Below are positions 51,912 through 64,000 of a stretch of DNA of 64,000 bases, piece by piece. Numbering within the stretch: the first letter of the stretch is position 1; each line of letters opens with the position of its first letter. The translations under genes were made by a program, and so were the position numbers. Below the pieces are notes generated by a model. The model had not been told where the DNA came from. It saw nothing but the letters and a program-made list of their open reading frames with translations, and searched no databases. Source of the stretch: Octopus sinensis (taxonomy: Eukaryota); the NCBI RefSeq assembly GCF_006345805.1, contig NC_043005.1:62744001-62808000 (forward strand). Reading direction: 5' to 3'.

Positions 51912-53349
51912 TTAAAAATTTATAGTTCTCATTTTACCATATATATATATATATATATTGTATGGAAGTTAAACATGATTTCAAACCATGGTTTCTCTCA
52001 TTTAGCTTTTTGTTAACTATACACATCAGCTGATTGAAGAGAAATGTCTAAAAATGTTTCAGATGGTGTTCTGTGTAAGTAAAAGTAATCATAAAGTATT
52101 TGACATCAATTACTATTATCATGCATTTGTTTTGAATTTTATGAGAAGAAATTGTGGCAAGTGCCTTCAAGTTGAAATAAGTTTGTTTCTTTTGCTAACA
52201 ATGGGACTAGGGCAACAATACATAATTTCTCAGTAAAACAGCAGTCATAATGACTAGCCAGGGACATTAAAGACCTTGTGATTACCTGAAAGTACATTAA
52301 CAACAAAGTTCAACCTGTGCTAGTGATTTCTTCTAATCTAGTGATGTATACAATTGATCAAAGGTCAATTGAATTAATCGTAGGTTGTATATGTAATTCT
52401 ATTTACTTTACAAATGAGTATAAACATATATCAGATTCTACACACTTCTAACATAAGAGTGTGTATTGAGCACAGTAACACTATTTTATAATAATTTATC
52501 CTTTAAAAGTTTCCAACTCTTGATAATGATTCACATAAAAACTATGGTATATTTCATGTCCATGCCAAACAAGTCACATAATTTGGCTGCTTCATTCTAA
52601 ATTAACTTCAAATATATAAATTCAGTCACAACAGAAAACTGATTTGTAGCTTTTAATTTTGTATCTTTACCTTAATACTAATATTTATTTTTGACTAGGT
52701 ACACATACCACAGAATCAAACTTAAAGACATTTCAGATTTCAGTTATTATTAGCTGCTTAATTAAATTAGAGAAATAACCTGTTTCTAAATTTATGTATT
52801 TTGTTTGACTAACTTATCTTGTTCTTGTAATCTTATCAGATAATTTAACATTGATAGGCTTTTTTTGAAATCACAATCCAAGCAATGCATGCAAAATGCA
52901 AGCCTGGCTTAGAAACTGGAATTAAAAGAAACAAACAAAACAGGTTCATGTTTCTTTCATAGTTGGTAAAACATGCTTCAGTATTGCATCATCCTGCTTA
53001 ACTGCTGTACTGGATCCTTTGCACCTCAAATATTATGAATTCTTTTATACATTTATCTTTGCAGGACCAAATTTAAGCAAATGCATACAATGTTCATTGG
53101 CATGGTCTCTTGTTTGTCCTCAAAAACTGAAAACTGGGCTTACCTACTCCTGATGTAATTTTTGGTACATAAGAGCCCATGTAAAAGCTACCAAAATCAC
53201 TTGTCTTTATTAATGTTCAGTTTACCACTGCCTCCAGTAATGCTGAAAGTGTTCTTATCTTCTAGACATATAGCATGGAATTCAATATCTAGTTTTACTG
53301 CCTGGCTGTGGTGCACATGAAGAACAAATTTACTAAACTGCAAACTAAA

Positions 53350-53600
53350 TTTAGATTTAGGCATTGGCAGTTGGTGATCAAAAGCAGCTCAGCTGTTTGA
53401 CGAAACTGAGGTCATTAAAAGAGTAGACTATTTTTAAAAGATGGTCTTTGATATACCTACATGATGGACTGAGTGTTATCATATCTACAGCTGATTGGCA
53501 ATGCTGACTGTAATGCTAAAGGCTTTCACTGCAAAAACAAAGTGATTGATAATATCCTGTGTATTAGCCAGTGTGCCAGCTAAGTTAAAATGTCTCATAA
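53350..53600 (+). mobile_element. Possible very old hAT transposase relic
   Basis: Only faint resemblance to SLALD..AQL, TDGAxAMxGxxKGF and CxxHQ motifs, in the correct order. Confidence 0.25.
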
Positions 53601-54171
53601 GTTGTATCTTATTGTTAATCTTATGTTTTACTATGTGCAAAAACATTACTTTCAACAAAATATTAAGAGATTAACCCTATATATTTAAATGCATTTCCTT
53701 TTGCAAGACATGATTGTTGTTCGCTAGCTTCTACATACTTATTTTATATTTTAATCTCAATATTACTCAATATAGGATTATTTTAATTATGAAATTCTAG
53801 GTAAATCTTATTACTGATTTGGTCATATGTTCTAACCAGAATAAAATGTTTTTTGATTCTCTTGACTTAGAAACAGTAAATTGTAGGTATAATCTATTAT
53901 ATTAAATATTAAAATAAGTTGACATGTTTAAATTATATAAATGTATTCATTTTAATACAATTATATTTTGAATTTAATTATAACACCTTGAATACATTAT
54001 AAGGTAAAAAATGTGACTAATATAAAAGTATAGAATAAACGAATCATTGATTGTTTGAATATTAAGTACTTATGCCATAGTGAAGAAATACATTAAAAAA
54101 ATTATAGGTTACCAGAATGATAAACAAAATGTGATTGAAGTTAAATGCCACAAAGTTGTCAAAATGTCTTT

Positions 54172-54560
54172 TAACTTTTACTTGTTTCAGCCATCAGACT
54201 ACAATCATGCTGGGGCACCATCTTGAAGGATTTTCGTTGAATGAATTGATTTCAGTACTTACTTATATAAGTCTGGTACTTATTCTATTGGTTTCTTTTG
54301 TTAACTCACTAAAATGTAAACAAATCAGCACCAATTGTCAAGTGGAGGTGGGAGACAAACACAAGCACAAAAACACATACACTCATAAATATACACATAG
54401 ATATATGTATAATTTGTGTGTGTATGTGTGTGTGTGTGTGTGTGTGTGTATGCTGGGCTTCTTTCAATTTCTGTCTACCAATTCCACTCACTAGTCTTTA
54501 GTTGACCTGGAGCTATAGTAGAGGTTACTTGCCCTAGGTGTCACACAATAGGACTGACAT
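54172..54560 (-). mobile_element. CORE-type SINE
   Basis: CTTTTACTTGTTTCAG...(GT)n...GGGCTTCTTTCAATTTCTGTCTACCAATTCCACTCAC...GCTATAGTAGA..ACTTGCCC. Confidence 0.8.
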
Positions 54561-56212
54561 TTAAACATTGCTCCTTGTTCCCATTTATATGTTTTATCAA
54601 ATTGATAAAACAGGGCAGAACCTTAGTATTGACAAGATTGAAGAATGCAGCATGGAATTAATATTAAAAAAAAAAAAAGGAAGCAAGGAAAATCATTTAT
54701 TTCTAATCTGAAAACCTGAATAAACAAAAAAAATAGCATTAACAAATAGAATACTTATTGAATAATGTATACAAAAGAAAGCTATTTAATGTCCCTATAA
54801 TCATAAAATTACATGTCATGAAAATGATTATCTTCACCTCAGTAGAACATTTAGTACCTCATATATGGTTTGTGTTGTTCATGTAGATATTTAAAAGGTA
54901 GATTCTTTTACATATCTGTTATAAAAGCACTTAAAGATTTAATAAATTAATAGCATCACATAGAAATTAATGCAAGGCTGAAGAAAATGATGTGAAAGAA
55001 ATAAGCTAATAAGAAGTATTCTACATAATCAAAAATATTAGATCTAAGAACCTATTTTGTCTTATAATAGCATCTATCTCTTGATTATTTTACTTGAAAA
55101 TAACCAAGTCTCTATCCATAAGATAGCAACAGCGAAAAAAGAGAAAAGGAAAGAGAGAGAGAAAGAGAAAAGGAGAGAAGGAAAAGAGAAAAAGATAGGG
55201 GGAAGGAGAGAGAAATTCAAAGATAGGAATTAATCTGAGCTTTTAATTATTATTTTCTTTAAGCTATCTTCCCATGAAGCCCCCATAGGACCTTCATCAA
55301 CAGCTGCTGATATCTCTGTTGCTTGCAGTCCCTGATCTGCTGTTCTCCTCTATTAAATAGGAATGAAGGAGCTGCACTTTAGCAAAGAGCCTTATGATGT
55401 AGAGTGATTAACACTGGCTATAATTGGCTATTTTTGCAGCAAAACAATTTTGCCATTCTTGTCCATGGTGGTAGATGAAATAAGTTGGTCAACAGAGGGT
55501 GTGGAATTTCTAGTCAGTTTTTTGCTTTTGTGAACATATATTTTTGAGTGAAAAAAAAAAAAAACTAACCATTTTAATAAACACTGGTTTTTGTCATTTA
55601 GTGAAGCATAGATATTGTTCAAAATGAAAGTAGAGTTCTATTGTATTCTAATGCAAGAAGATTCGATCTTGGCAATAAACATTACTGAATTACTCATTAG
55701 TTTATATTTCATTCAGTAAAATCATAATGATCTCTTCAGTGTACTTGGTCAGTTAACAGATGAAAAGAAAATACTTTATACAAAGCACAATATAATTACT
55801 CCAAATTCTTCAAGAGAGAAGCTGATAAATTATCTTCGCATTTATTTGAACCTTATATCAAATAATTATTTTATATCCCAGTTTTTGAATTTGCTAAGTT
55901 AACTATATTTGATGTGAGGCTAAATTTCATTCAGGAAATTGTTCATGGGTAAATAAAGAAAACATATCTAATTGTGATATAACAAGCCTGCATTATTTAA
56001 CACTATGGTATTTTTGGGAATGCAATTGCTAACTACTGAACTCAAGCAATTTTTAACTATTCTAAAACTATTTTAAATAGATTTGCTTCATCAAATCTAA
56101 CTAGAAAAACTGAACAACTAACATATTGTGTTTTGTTGGTATGTAAGACAAATTATTTATTATTTTGTTATAAACACACACACACACACGCATAAAACAA
56201 AGGAACTTCATT

Positions 56213-56295
56213 AGCTTACAGCTGTTTCTGCTGTAAGATGCAGTGGACTCTTAGTTGAGTGTGCATGGACAGCATCCTATAACTTCATTGGAACC
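56213..56295 (-). other. Decayed hammerhead-ribozyme-like motif (Penelope-type)
   Basis: Minus strand GGTT-CCAATGA-A-GTTATAGGATGC...GCATCTTACAGC-A-GAAAC-AGCT-GTA-AGCT; the core differs from CTGATGA at two positions. Confidence 0.5.
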
Positions 56296-56372
56296 TCAAA
56301 TATGAAGTGCAATTTATTTGGGTAAAAAAGAATTACAGTTTTAGAATATACAGGGAAAGTATCAGCAGTGAG

Positions 56373-56454
56373 GAAGTCATTGCTGATGTACATGGAGAAG
56401 TGTGTCCAAAAGGCCTTTTAGACACACTTTTCTATATACATCAGCAAAGACTTC
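56373..56454. repeat. 82-bp loopless imperfect palindrome
   Basis: Centre AAAAGG|CCTTTT; 36 of 41 arm positions are complementary. Confidence 0.92.
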
Positions 56455-56924
56455 TCTCTATACTCCAAGTTTTCAACTTGTACATCTTTCATCAGTACTG
56501 TATATCTCGTATATTTTTGGCATGGTGTAAAATTTAACACTTCATAATATAGCTACCAGCAAGTTTTTATGTTGTTTTGTAATTTACTTTGATTCTTAAT
56601 AATCCTATTGATTTGCATATGAACAGTTAACCTCATTATTCTGATTATACACTATGTATATATTCCAAATTACTTTAATTGCCTTCTTTCAACCTACCTA
56701 AATCCAGTAATATAATTACTTTTCCAAAAGTGTTATTACTAGAGTAACAAAGATTGATTTAACCCAATCTCTTGTGTGGTAAAAACTGCACAGAGCATTA
56801 AACTCATTCTTTCTAATTTTACTCACACTATCTTTTCAACAGTATATTTTCTTAATGTTATCAGATGTCAGATTTTCACGTGCATACAATTAACTGGTGT
56901 GAGAGATAATATATGAGGATATTA

Positions 56925-57127
56925 AGGTAGTGACCTGGCAGAACTGTTTTCTGCATTGGGCAAAATACATTGGGCAACATTTCACCTGTCTTTACATTCT
57001 GAGTTCAAATTCCACTAAGGTCTACTTTGCCTTTCATTCTTTCAGGGTCGATAACATAACTTCCAGCTGAGCACTGGGGTTGATATAACCAACTTACTCT
57101 CACTCCCCACCCCCAAATTGTGCCATA
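56925..57127 (+). mobile_element. Nin/Deu-like SINE
   Basis: TGACCTGGCAGAA...TTCTGAGTTCAAATTCC...CTTTGCCTTTCATTCTTTCAGGGTCGATAA. Confidence 0.82.
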
Positions 57128-57596
57128 ACTTTGCAGCTAATATATAAGGCTATTAAAACCTTAGCTGCAGCATAACATTACAGTAGAAGAAAATTTGATA
57201 TTAAATATGCCAGTTAAACCTATCAAATAATATACAAACTGAATGGAGTGTAAATGATTAATACATGAAAATGAAGCTCAGAGAGTTCAGTCAACTCATA
57301 CTGACCTTGTAGTAGCCAATTGCAAGGCTTGCTGGGATACAGATGTTAAAACTTCTAGTTCATTACCTCAAACCTAATAAATTGCCTGGTATGTATTTTA
57401 TCAATCTCAAATAAGGATGAGAAGCGAAGTTGATCTGGGCATCAAGAGGCATAACCAAGATTGAACAAAATACTACAATGTAATTATTTTCAATACACAC
57501 ACATATCATCACCAACATTGTTCAACGTCTGCCTTCCATGCTAGCATGGGTAGGACATGTGTATATATATACGTATATATATATATATTTATATAT

Positions 57597-57790
57597 AAAG
57601 AGAATTCACGAAAAAAATAAAAGACGAAGACAGGTGATGAAGAAAACAAACAGATGTATTAGTATAATGCTCGGGAATTGAAAAAGTCTTTAACATTTCG
57701 AGCCTAAGCTCTTCCATGGAAAGGAACACAGAAAGAAACAAGGAGAGAAAAAAATGTGTGTAGTGGCTACTGATCTATCACGGCGACTGA
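57597..57790 (-). mobile_element. Probable Penelope-like terminal repeat fragment inserted in (TA)n
   Basis: Flanked by TA runs; contains GAAGAGCTTAGGCTCGAAATGT on the minus strand, typical of PLE pseudo-LTRs. Confidence 0.5.
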
Positions 57791-57807
57791 TATATATATA
57801 TATATAT

Positions 57808-58035
57808 ATCACCATGACCGTGACCGACCAGGCTATCAGATGTTGCTACACATCACTGGTCACTATGCACTTCACATTGTTTTAGCCTTCAAATGACGTC
57901 ACCCTGTTGGCTAAGTGGGCAGGCCATCAGAAGAAAGAATGAGAGAAAGTTGTGGCGAAAGAGTACAGCAGGGATGCCCCCCCTGCCAGAGCCTCGTGGA
58001 GCTTTTGGTGTTTTTGCTCAATAAACACTCACAAC
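57808..58035 (-). repeat. GC-rich interspersed repeat fragment (probable SINE 3' part)
   Basis: Abrupt GC-rich block between a (TA)n run and a LINE relic; no second copy in the window. Confidence 0.4.
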
Positions 58036-58039
58036 ATGA

Positions 58040-59740
58040 GAGGAGAAGCAGTGAACATCATAGAAGCTCCTTCATGAGAATTCTTTCTGGAGGAAAATTT
58101 CAAGTGAAGAGATGGAGATGCTCTGTGGCTGGAAGAAATTCAAAGTTATTGTCCCTCCATTACATCCTAGACATACAGCATTGTTGGTAATACCCTTATG
58201 ACTATAATCCAGAAACTTCAGTATGGAAAAGCAACTGGATGAGACTTGATTGTTGGATACTGGTACAAGAAACCATATCTTTTACCAACCATAACTTATC
58301 AACTTGTACCAGCAAACTCTCAAGGGGAATAGTAGCATACCAGAATGGTTAGCTCTGGCAGAGATAAAACTTATCCTCAAGTGCAGAACCACTGACATGG
58401 TAAAAAACTACTGGTCAATTGCATGCCAGAACTTAATGTATAAAGTAAAGTATAGAAAGCATGTTTAAACCTCTTCTTCCAAGGCCACTGTGAAAGTAAT
58501 CATATCATCATAGCAGAACAAACAGCTGAGAAGAAGGGAGTCTGGGGATGTGCCGAGCAATTGTTAATAAACAAAACTGTAATGTCAGAGGTGTTGGAGC
58601 ATAGCAAGAACCTCATTTCAATGTAGCTGGACTACAAGAAAGCCTTTACTCTGTTCCCCCACTCATGGATTCTAGAAGCCCTTCAACTTGCTAAAGTTCC
58701 AGTGAGCATAATCAAAGCCATAGTTGACCTGACTTCATCGTGGGTTACCATCTTGAAATGAAACACAAGGGAGTGATTCAGACTGCCTTTGAATATCATA
58801 TCATATATCATATCCCTTTGGTAACATCTTTTTAACCACCAAGTGTCAAAGTGCAGTTCTTGACCAAGTTTGCATACATAAGTGTGATAACATCATAAGA
58901 CATGAATAGCATTCCTTGTCTGATATCCTTAAATACATGTCTAAAGAAGTTGCACAACTCTACTGCAATGTAGCATACATCAGCAGAAGACCATGCATAG
59001 ATATGTTTATAGAAAGCTCCAAGATGATAGTAACATTGGTCATCAAAGCAGTATTATCTACCAATGAGACATGATGTTGTAGCTAGGACACTTTATAATG
59101 TGATCTGTCAGAAGGATAACCCCAAGACCAAAGAAATAAGAACCCACAGTATGGTAGAAACTATAGCCACTCATAATAAAAGGAATACTGGTAGAATGTT
59201 CCAGTGAAAAACTTCAATAAAATGTAAACATAACAGACTTGACATAGTGATTTGGGATAGAGAAGAGAAACTGTGTGCAGTTGTGGAAATCAGCTGCCCA
59301 GCAGATGTTAACATAAAGCTAAAGGTCAGCAAAAAAGAAAATATCTATGCTGAACTATTGGAAAATCTACTGTTACACTTTCCAGATTACAAGTTCAGGT
59401 TTATACCTGTAATTATTAGGGCACTGGGATATGTAACACACTGCCTAAATACAACTTGAGAAATTAGGCTTCTCAAAACCAGAAAGGCAACAGCTGATTC
59501 GAAGACTACTGATCTAAGCCATCACTGGAACTGTAAAAATCTGTAAAACTTTCCAGAAGTTTATCATTTAAGTATATATGAGCATGTCTAGATATGCAGA
59601 TATATGCATGAGAATACATACATTAACCAAAACATGAAAAAATATTTTGTTGATGTTGAAATATCACTGAAGGAGCCTCGGATCGAGGTTAGAACCTGGC
59701 TCTTTCCCTCTTGACAAGAAATCTTGAAATAAAACTGATA
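58040..59740 (+). mobile_element. R4/Dong-like RLE non-LTR retrotransposon, internally deleted and decayed
   Basis: WGCAEQLLINKTVM, LDYKKAF..VPHSWILEAL, RHDVVA, HNRLDIVIWDREEKLCAVVEISCPAD...KENIYAEL...FIPVII.ALG; followed by a (CATA)n tail. Confidence 0.88.
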
Positions 59741-60019
59741 GATAGACATAAAAACATACAGACATACATACATATGTACATACGTACATACATACATACA
59801 TAGGAATGGGAAAGTGCTTTGCAACTATATGTTACCATGTTTGATTATACTGAGTATTACATGGGCAAATGTCTTCTGCTTTTGAAAGAAATTTAGTAGT
59901 CATCACATTAAATATATATATATACAAAATGTCATCACACACACACACACACACATGTGTATAATATATATATATAATAAATGCATATTATATATGCATA
60001 TATAGCTGTGTGTGTGTTT

Positions 60020-60120
60020 AAAGTCTGCTGTTCTTCCATGCTAACGTGGTTCAGATGGGAGGACATTCAGGCAGGATTTTTACAGTTGGATGCACTTCCT
60101 GTCACTAACACCTCCTTTGC
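60020..60120 (-). mobile_element. Decayed RTE-type 3'UTR fragment
   Basis: TTCCATGCTAAC...TTTTACAGTTGGATGCACTTCCT. Confidence 0.5.
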
Positions 60121-62077
60121 AAGTAAAGAATGTTTTTCCAAAGGAATTTAAAACATACAGGTAGAAGATGATTTGTTGACAGGAAATGTTAAGAAGTGTT
60201 TACTGACCCTGAATGTTTTGTGTAACTGAAAGAACACTCATCCCTCTTAGATCAAAGAACTGGACTGTACTTCTAAACATGATTTTTGTTATCGAACTGG
60301 AAGATCAACCTACACATAATTCAGTGGATTAGAGACACAGTTTAATGCACTTCAGACTTCCTGACTCCTGCCACCATTCAACTACCCCCACTAGGCATAG
60401 TTTGTTTAGATGAAAACACATTAAGCACTCAACATTAACAACAGTTTACATGAACAGGTCAAAAAGACATAACCTAGATTCCATGAATGGAATTAGCCTC
60501 CTTTACAACCAAATTTCAGTTAAATCAATTACCACTGGGATTTAGAACTATGATAGAAGACACTTTCCCAAGTTTCTGCATTGCGGAAGGAAACCCAAAA
60601 TGATGTAATTATATGGCAAGTTACTTAAGCATATCAGAAATAAAAATAAAAGAAAATGCAATTCATCCTATTCCAGAGCAATATCTTTTGTTAGCTTTGT
60701 TTTTAAACTGTGAAGATGACCAATGCAAGATTGGTAAATATAGTATCCTAGCAATGTGTCACTACACAAGAGAACAAGTCAACATATCCTCCTTTAAATA
60801 TTCAATAAGTATGAATGTAAAGAAATATGACAGAATCCAACTGATTAATCCTTAACTTGAAATATTTTTAAAAATGAAAGAATAGTTTGATGAAAAACTT
60901 CATACATTGTGAGATCAAACTTATTCAAAATAATTACTATAATAATCAATTATCTTCTCCAGTGGTGTGATCTGAATCCTATATTAGATCAATTTTCTAC
61001 AATCAAAGTTACCAATTTTCTAAAACAACTAATTATGAAAAAAACATTTAACACATAAAACAAATATTCTTTGAACGTTTTCCAACATAAGTTGCTTGAT
61101 TTAACAGCTGTATTTGAACTAATATTGATAACAATTAAAATCTCATTCTATCACAGCATTCAAAGGTTGGATGAAAAAATAAAATATGAGATAAATAATT
61201 CCCCATTATATCAATTTCGTTCAACCTTAATTTTTTTTTTTTAAATTTGCAATGAAAGCATCAAGGAGGTGATTTATCTATCTAAACCATCTAATGTTTT
61301 CTTTATAGTCTATTTCAGGAACTTTTGTTAGCTTTACAATGTTGAAGCATTGTTTCTGTTTCTTTCTTTATAGGCATAGAGAAAGATCTAAAATAATGAA
61401 AAGAAAATCAATAATCATGTTTCCTTTTGCATAGACACAAAAATCTATTACCAAGGAATAGATGAATATACAACTTAGATACTTGCAGTACATTACTGGT
61501 ACATAGTTATTAACTATTTGTTTAGTTATTTTCTTGAGTATGTGCTCTTCTATCTTAGAAATACTAAAGAAATCCAGTTTTTTGCTATTAATAATTACTA
61601 AGCCAAAAGCAAAAAATTATCTTCGATTTCAAAAGTTTTGGTCGGTAATCTCATATTTGATCTTCAGTGCATAATCCAGTATTACTTTAACATGCTATGC
61701 GTCAAGTTAGTCACATGATATTTGAAAAACGAAATTATTGCAAATGGAATATATTTACACATAAAGCAAACCAATTTCTTTCAACAACAGATGGATATAA
61801 TAGTTGTATAAAATACATTCAACTAAGTAGCCCCTTATATACTATGTATAAAACATCAACTTGAAACTAAAGTTGTTGTTTTCTTTTCATTAAACAAAAT
61901 ATTGATTTGAATTATTTACCACTGTGATTTTAGAACTTTTCCGGATCAGTTTTAAAACTAAATATTCATTGCAATGTTTGTAACTATACTTTTACATATT
62001 TTTGTTTTCTATTTCTTGTACAATATTTATTTATTAACAGAATACCAGAATACTTTTTATAATAACCATTTTTGCAA

Positions 62078-62285
62078 GTACTCCCTGACTGACCCTCATG
62101 CCGGTGGCATGTAAAAAGCACCCACTACACTCTTGAAGTGGTAGGTGTTAGGAAGGGCATCCAGCTGTAGAAACTTTGCCAGATCAGATTGCAGCCTGGT
62201 GCAGCCTCCTGACTTGCCAGTCCTCAGTCAAACTGTCCAATCCATGCCACCATGGAAAGCAGATGTTAAACGATGATGATGATGA
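62078..62285 (+). mobile_element. RTE-type 3'UTR element with (GAT)n tail
   Basis: GCCGGTGGCATGTAAAAAGCACCCACTACACTC...GTTAGGAAGGGCATCCAGCTGTAGAAAC...GTTAAAC(GAT)n. Confidence 0.88.
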
Positions 62286-63368
62286 ATCCATAGAAAGCCA
62301 ATTTCCTTGCTTGCTGTCTATTAATAACTAGAGAGGAATGATGCTGAACAGAAGGATCTAGATAACAGAAATTAGTTTAGAATATAAGAACAATCTATTT
62401 ATCAAATGGAAGGAGTGTAATAGTTCTAAACAAACAAAAAAAAAAACTTTCAACAAATAAAATGCCTAATAGACACTCAAAACGAACAACAAATCTTCGT
62501 TATACGGGCTCTTTTCCTAGGAGCAATCTGCTGTAATTTTAGAATAACTGCAAATCCTGGAATATTTTGTATGCACTTATATATATAATTTTATTTTATG
62601 ACAGTATACCATAAATCATAAATGTTTCAATGACGTATATTAGATATTCCCAACTCTTAAGGCATTATATTTGCTAAGTTTATTATAATCCATGACAAGA
62701 TTGTTTTGTTTTCTCCTATAAGAACTAACAAAAATACTGGTCATAGAATGTCTAGAATGTTAGAAGATACATAGAGAAGTGGATGTGATACTAGACTATC
62801 TGCCCAGTTCTTGAGTTCAAATTCATTGCAGCTAGTTCAATATGTATCTGAAGGAGATTCTTCTTTCGTCTACTTAAAACTTGATATAAAATCTATTCAA
62901 ACCTTTAGAAATCACTAGAGACTTAAGAGATATGGTACATGAGAGTTGAAATCTCCTATTAGATTGTTGATATATTTATTCATACTTTTGTTTAGGAAGA
63001 TATAACACATAGCCTATGTTACTGGTGCCGAAATAGTTGGACAGTTTTGAATGGCAGAACTGATCAAGCATGAATATGCTTTATTTTATAATGATTTGAG
63101 AATATTATTGAACGACTTGTTCTAAAGTAATCAGCAATTTCATCTCACTGTGTACAGAAGGAGAGAATTACTAACTTATAAATTGTAATTACTGTTGCAT
63201 TCATTAGTGACAGAATCAAGATTAGTACCAAAAGCCAATATTTATATCCAATTTAATGCAGATGTCTTCTTAGAATGTCAAATTCTGTGTTACTAGCTGT
63301 GAGATACCCTCTCACACAGGTGCATGGTGTATAAAAGCATAGGCACAAATTGTAGAAGACAAGAATAA

Positions 63369-63468
63369 TCTGTTATGGGTACTGGCATTTCCATATCATG
63401 TGATTTCAGAATTCCAGCACCGGAACTCTCATTTCATGTGATTTTAAAGTTATGGCACCCATAACAGA
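63369..63468. repeat. 100-bp imperfect hairpin
   Basis: Ends TCTGTTATGGGT and ACCCATAACAGA are perfectly complementary; inner pairing continues imperfectly to AGAATTCC/GGAACTCT. Confidence 0.75.
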
Positions 63469-63721
63469 CAAACCTCATCTACTACAATTTATGTCTACTA
63501 ACGTGAGAGGATCTCTTTAAGGCTAATAATGCACTATTTGGCATTCTAACAAGATATTCACATTCAGATGGATATAAAGACTTCCCATTACATTTATTAT
63601 TGATGAAAACAAACTGATCTTTAAGAGAAAGGAAATTCATTTTAATTTTCATAACAATAAAATGTTATTATTTATGAATTTGAATACTGTTAAGAGTCAT
63701 TAGAGCAAACAAAGTGTGACA

Positions 63722-63885
63722 TTTCTTACAGCACCTTAACATCTATGTTCAAATTTCACTGAGGTTAACTTTGCCTTTTATCTTTCCAGTGTTAATAAAA
63801 TAAAAGAACAGTCATATACTGGGGTCAATATAATCAACTAACCTCTTCTCCCTAAATTTCTAGTCATGTGCCTTTATAAGAATCA
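63722..63885 (+). mobile_element. Nin/Deu-like SINE fragment
   Basis: GTTCAAATTTCACTGAGGTTAACTTTGCCTTTTATCTTTCC...TACTGGGGTCAATATAATC. Confidence 0.72.
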
Positions 63886-64000
63886 ATGAATTTCTGTAAA
63901 ATCTGCATCTAGCATTAAGCAACAAATACCCAACATTTGCTACTAAATACTTTTTATCCCTATTTTAATTCTCAATGATATTTGTCATACTAACAAATAC

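Noticed and set aside
55230-55520. Higher-GC unique block with a short open frame on the minus strand
   Set aside because: No convincing splice-site pair or recognisable peptide.

Overview
AT-rich eukaryotic genomic DNA, almost entirely non-coding, dense in microsatellites and transposon relics. The repeats include tRNA-derived CORE-type and Nin/Deu-type SINEs, RTE and R4/Dong-like LINEs, Penelope-like relics, and mariner, maT, hAT and piggyBac-type DNA elements. This mix suggests an octopus/coleoid cephalopod genome (inference). The supplied ORF track is spurious or TE-derived. The only convincing host coding sequence is a 119-nt minus-strand exon (3138-3256) encoding an L27-like domain of a MAGUK p55 (PALS1/MPP5 or MPP7-like) protein. 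A candidate 30-nt in-phase exon lies at 31106-31135, so most of the window is probably intron or upstream sequence of that gene. I found no intact novel multi-gene system. The most interesting signals are mechanistic scars: a twin-priming-type inverted RTE, a 29-bp templated insertion, fold-back palindromes, nested TE stacks, paired filled and empty SINE sites, and decayed hammerhead-ribozyme-like motifs. Boundaries of decayed repeats are approximate, and family names come from motif recognition, not database searches.
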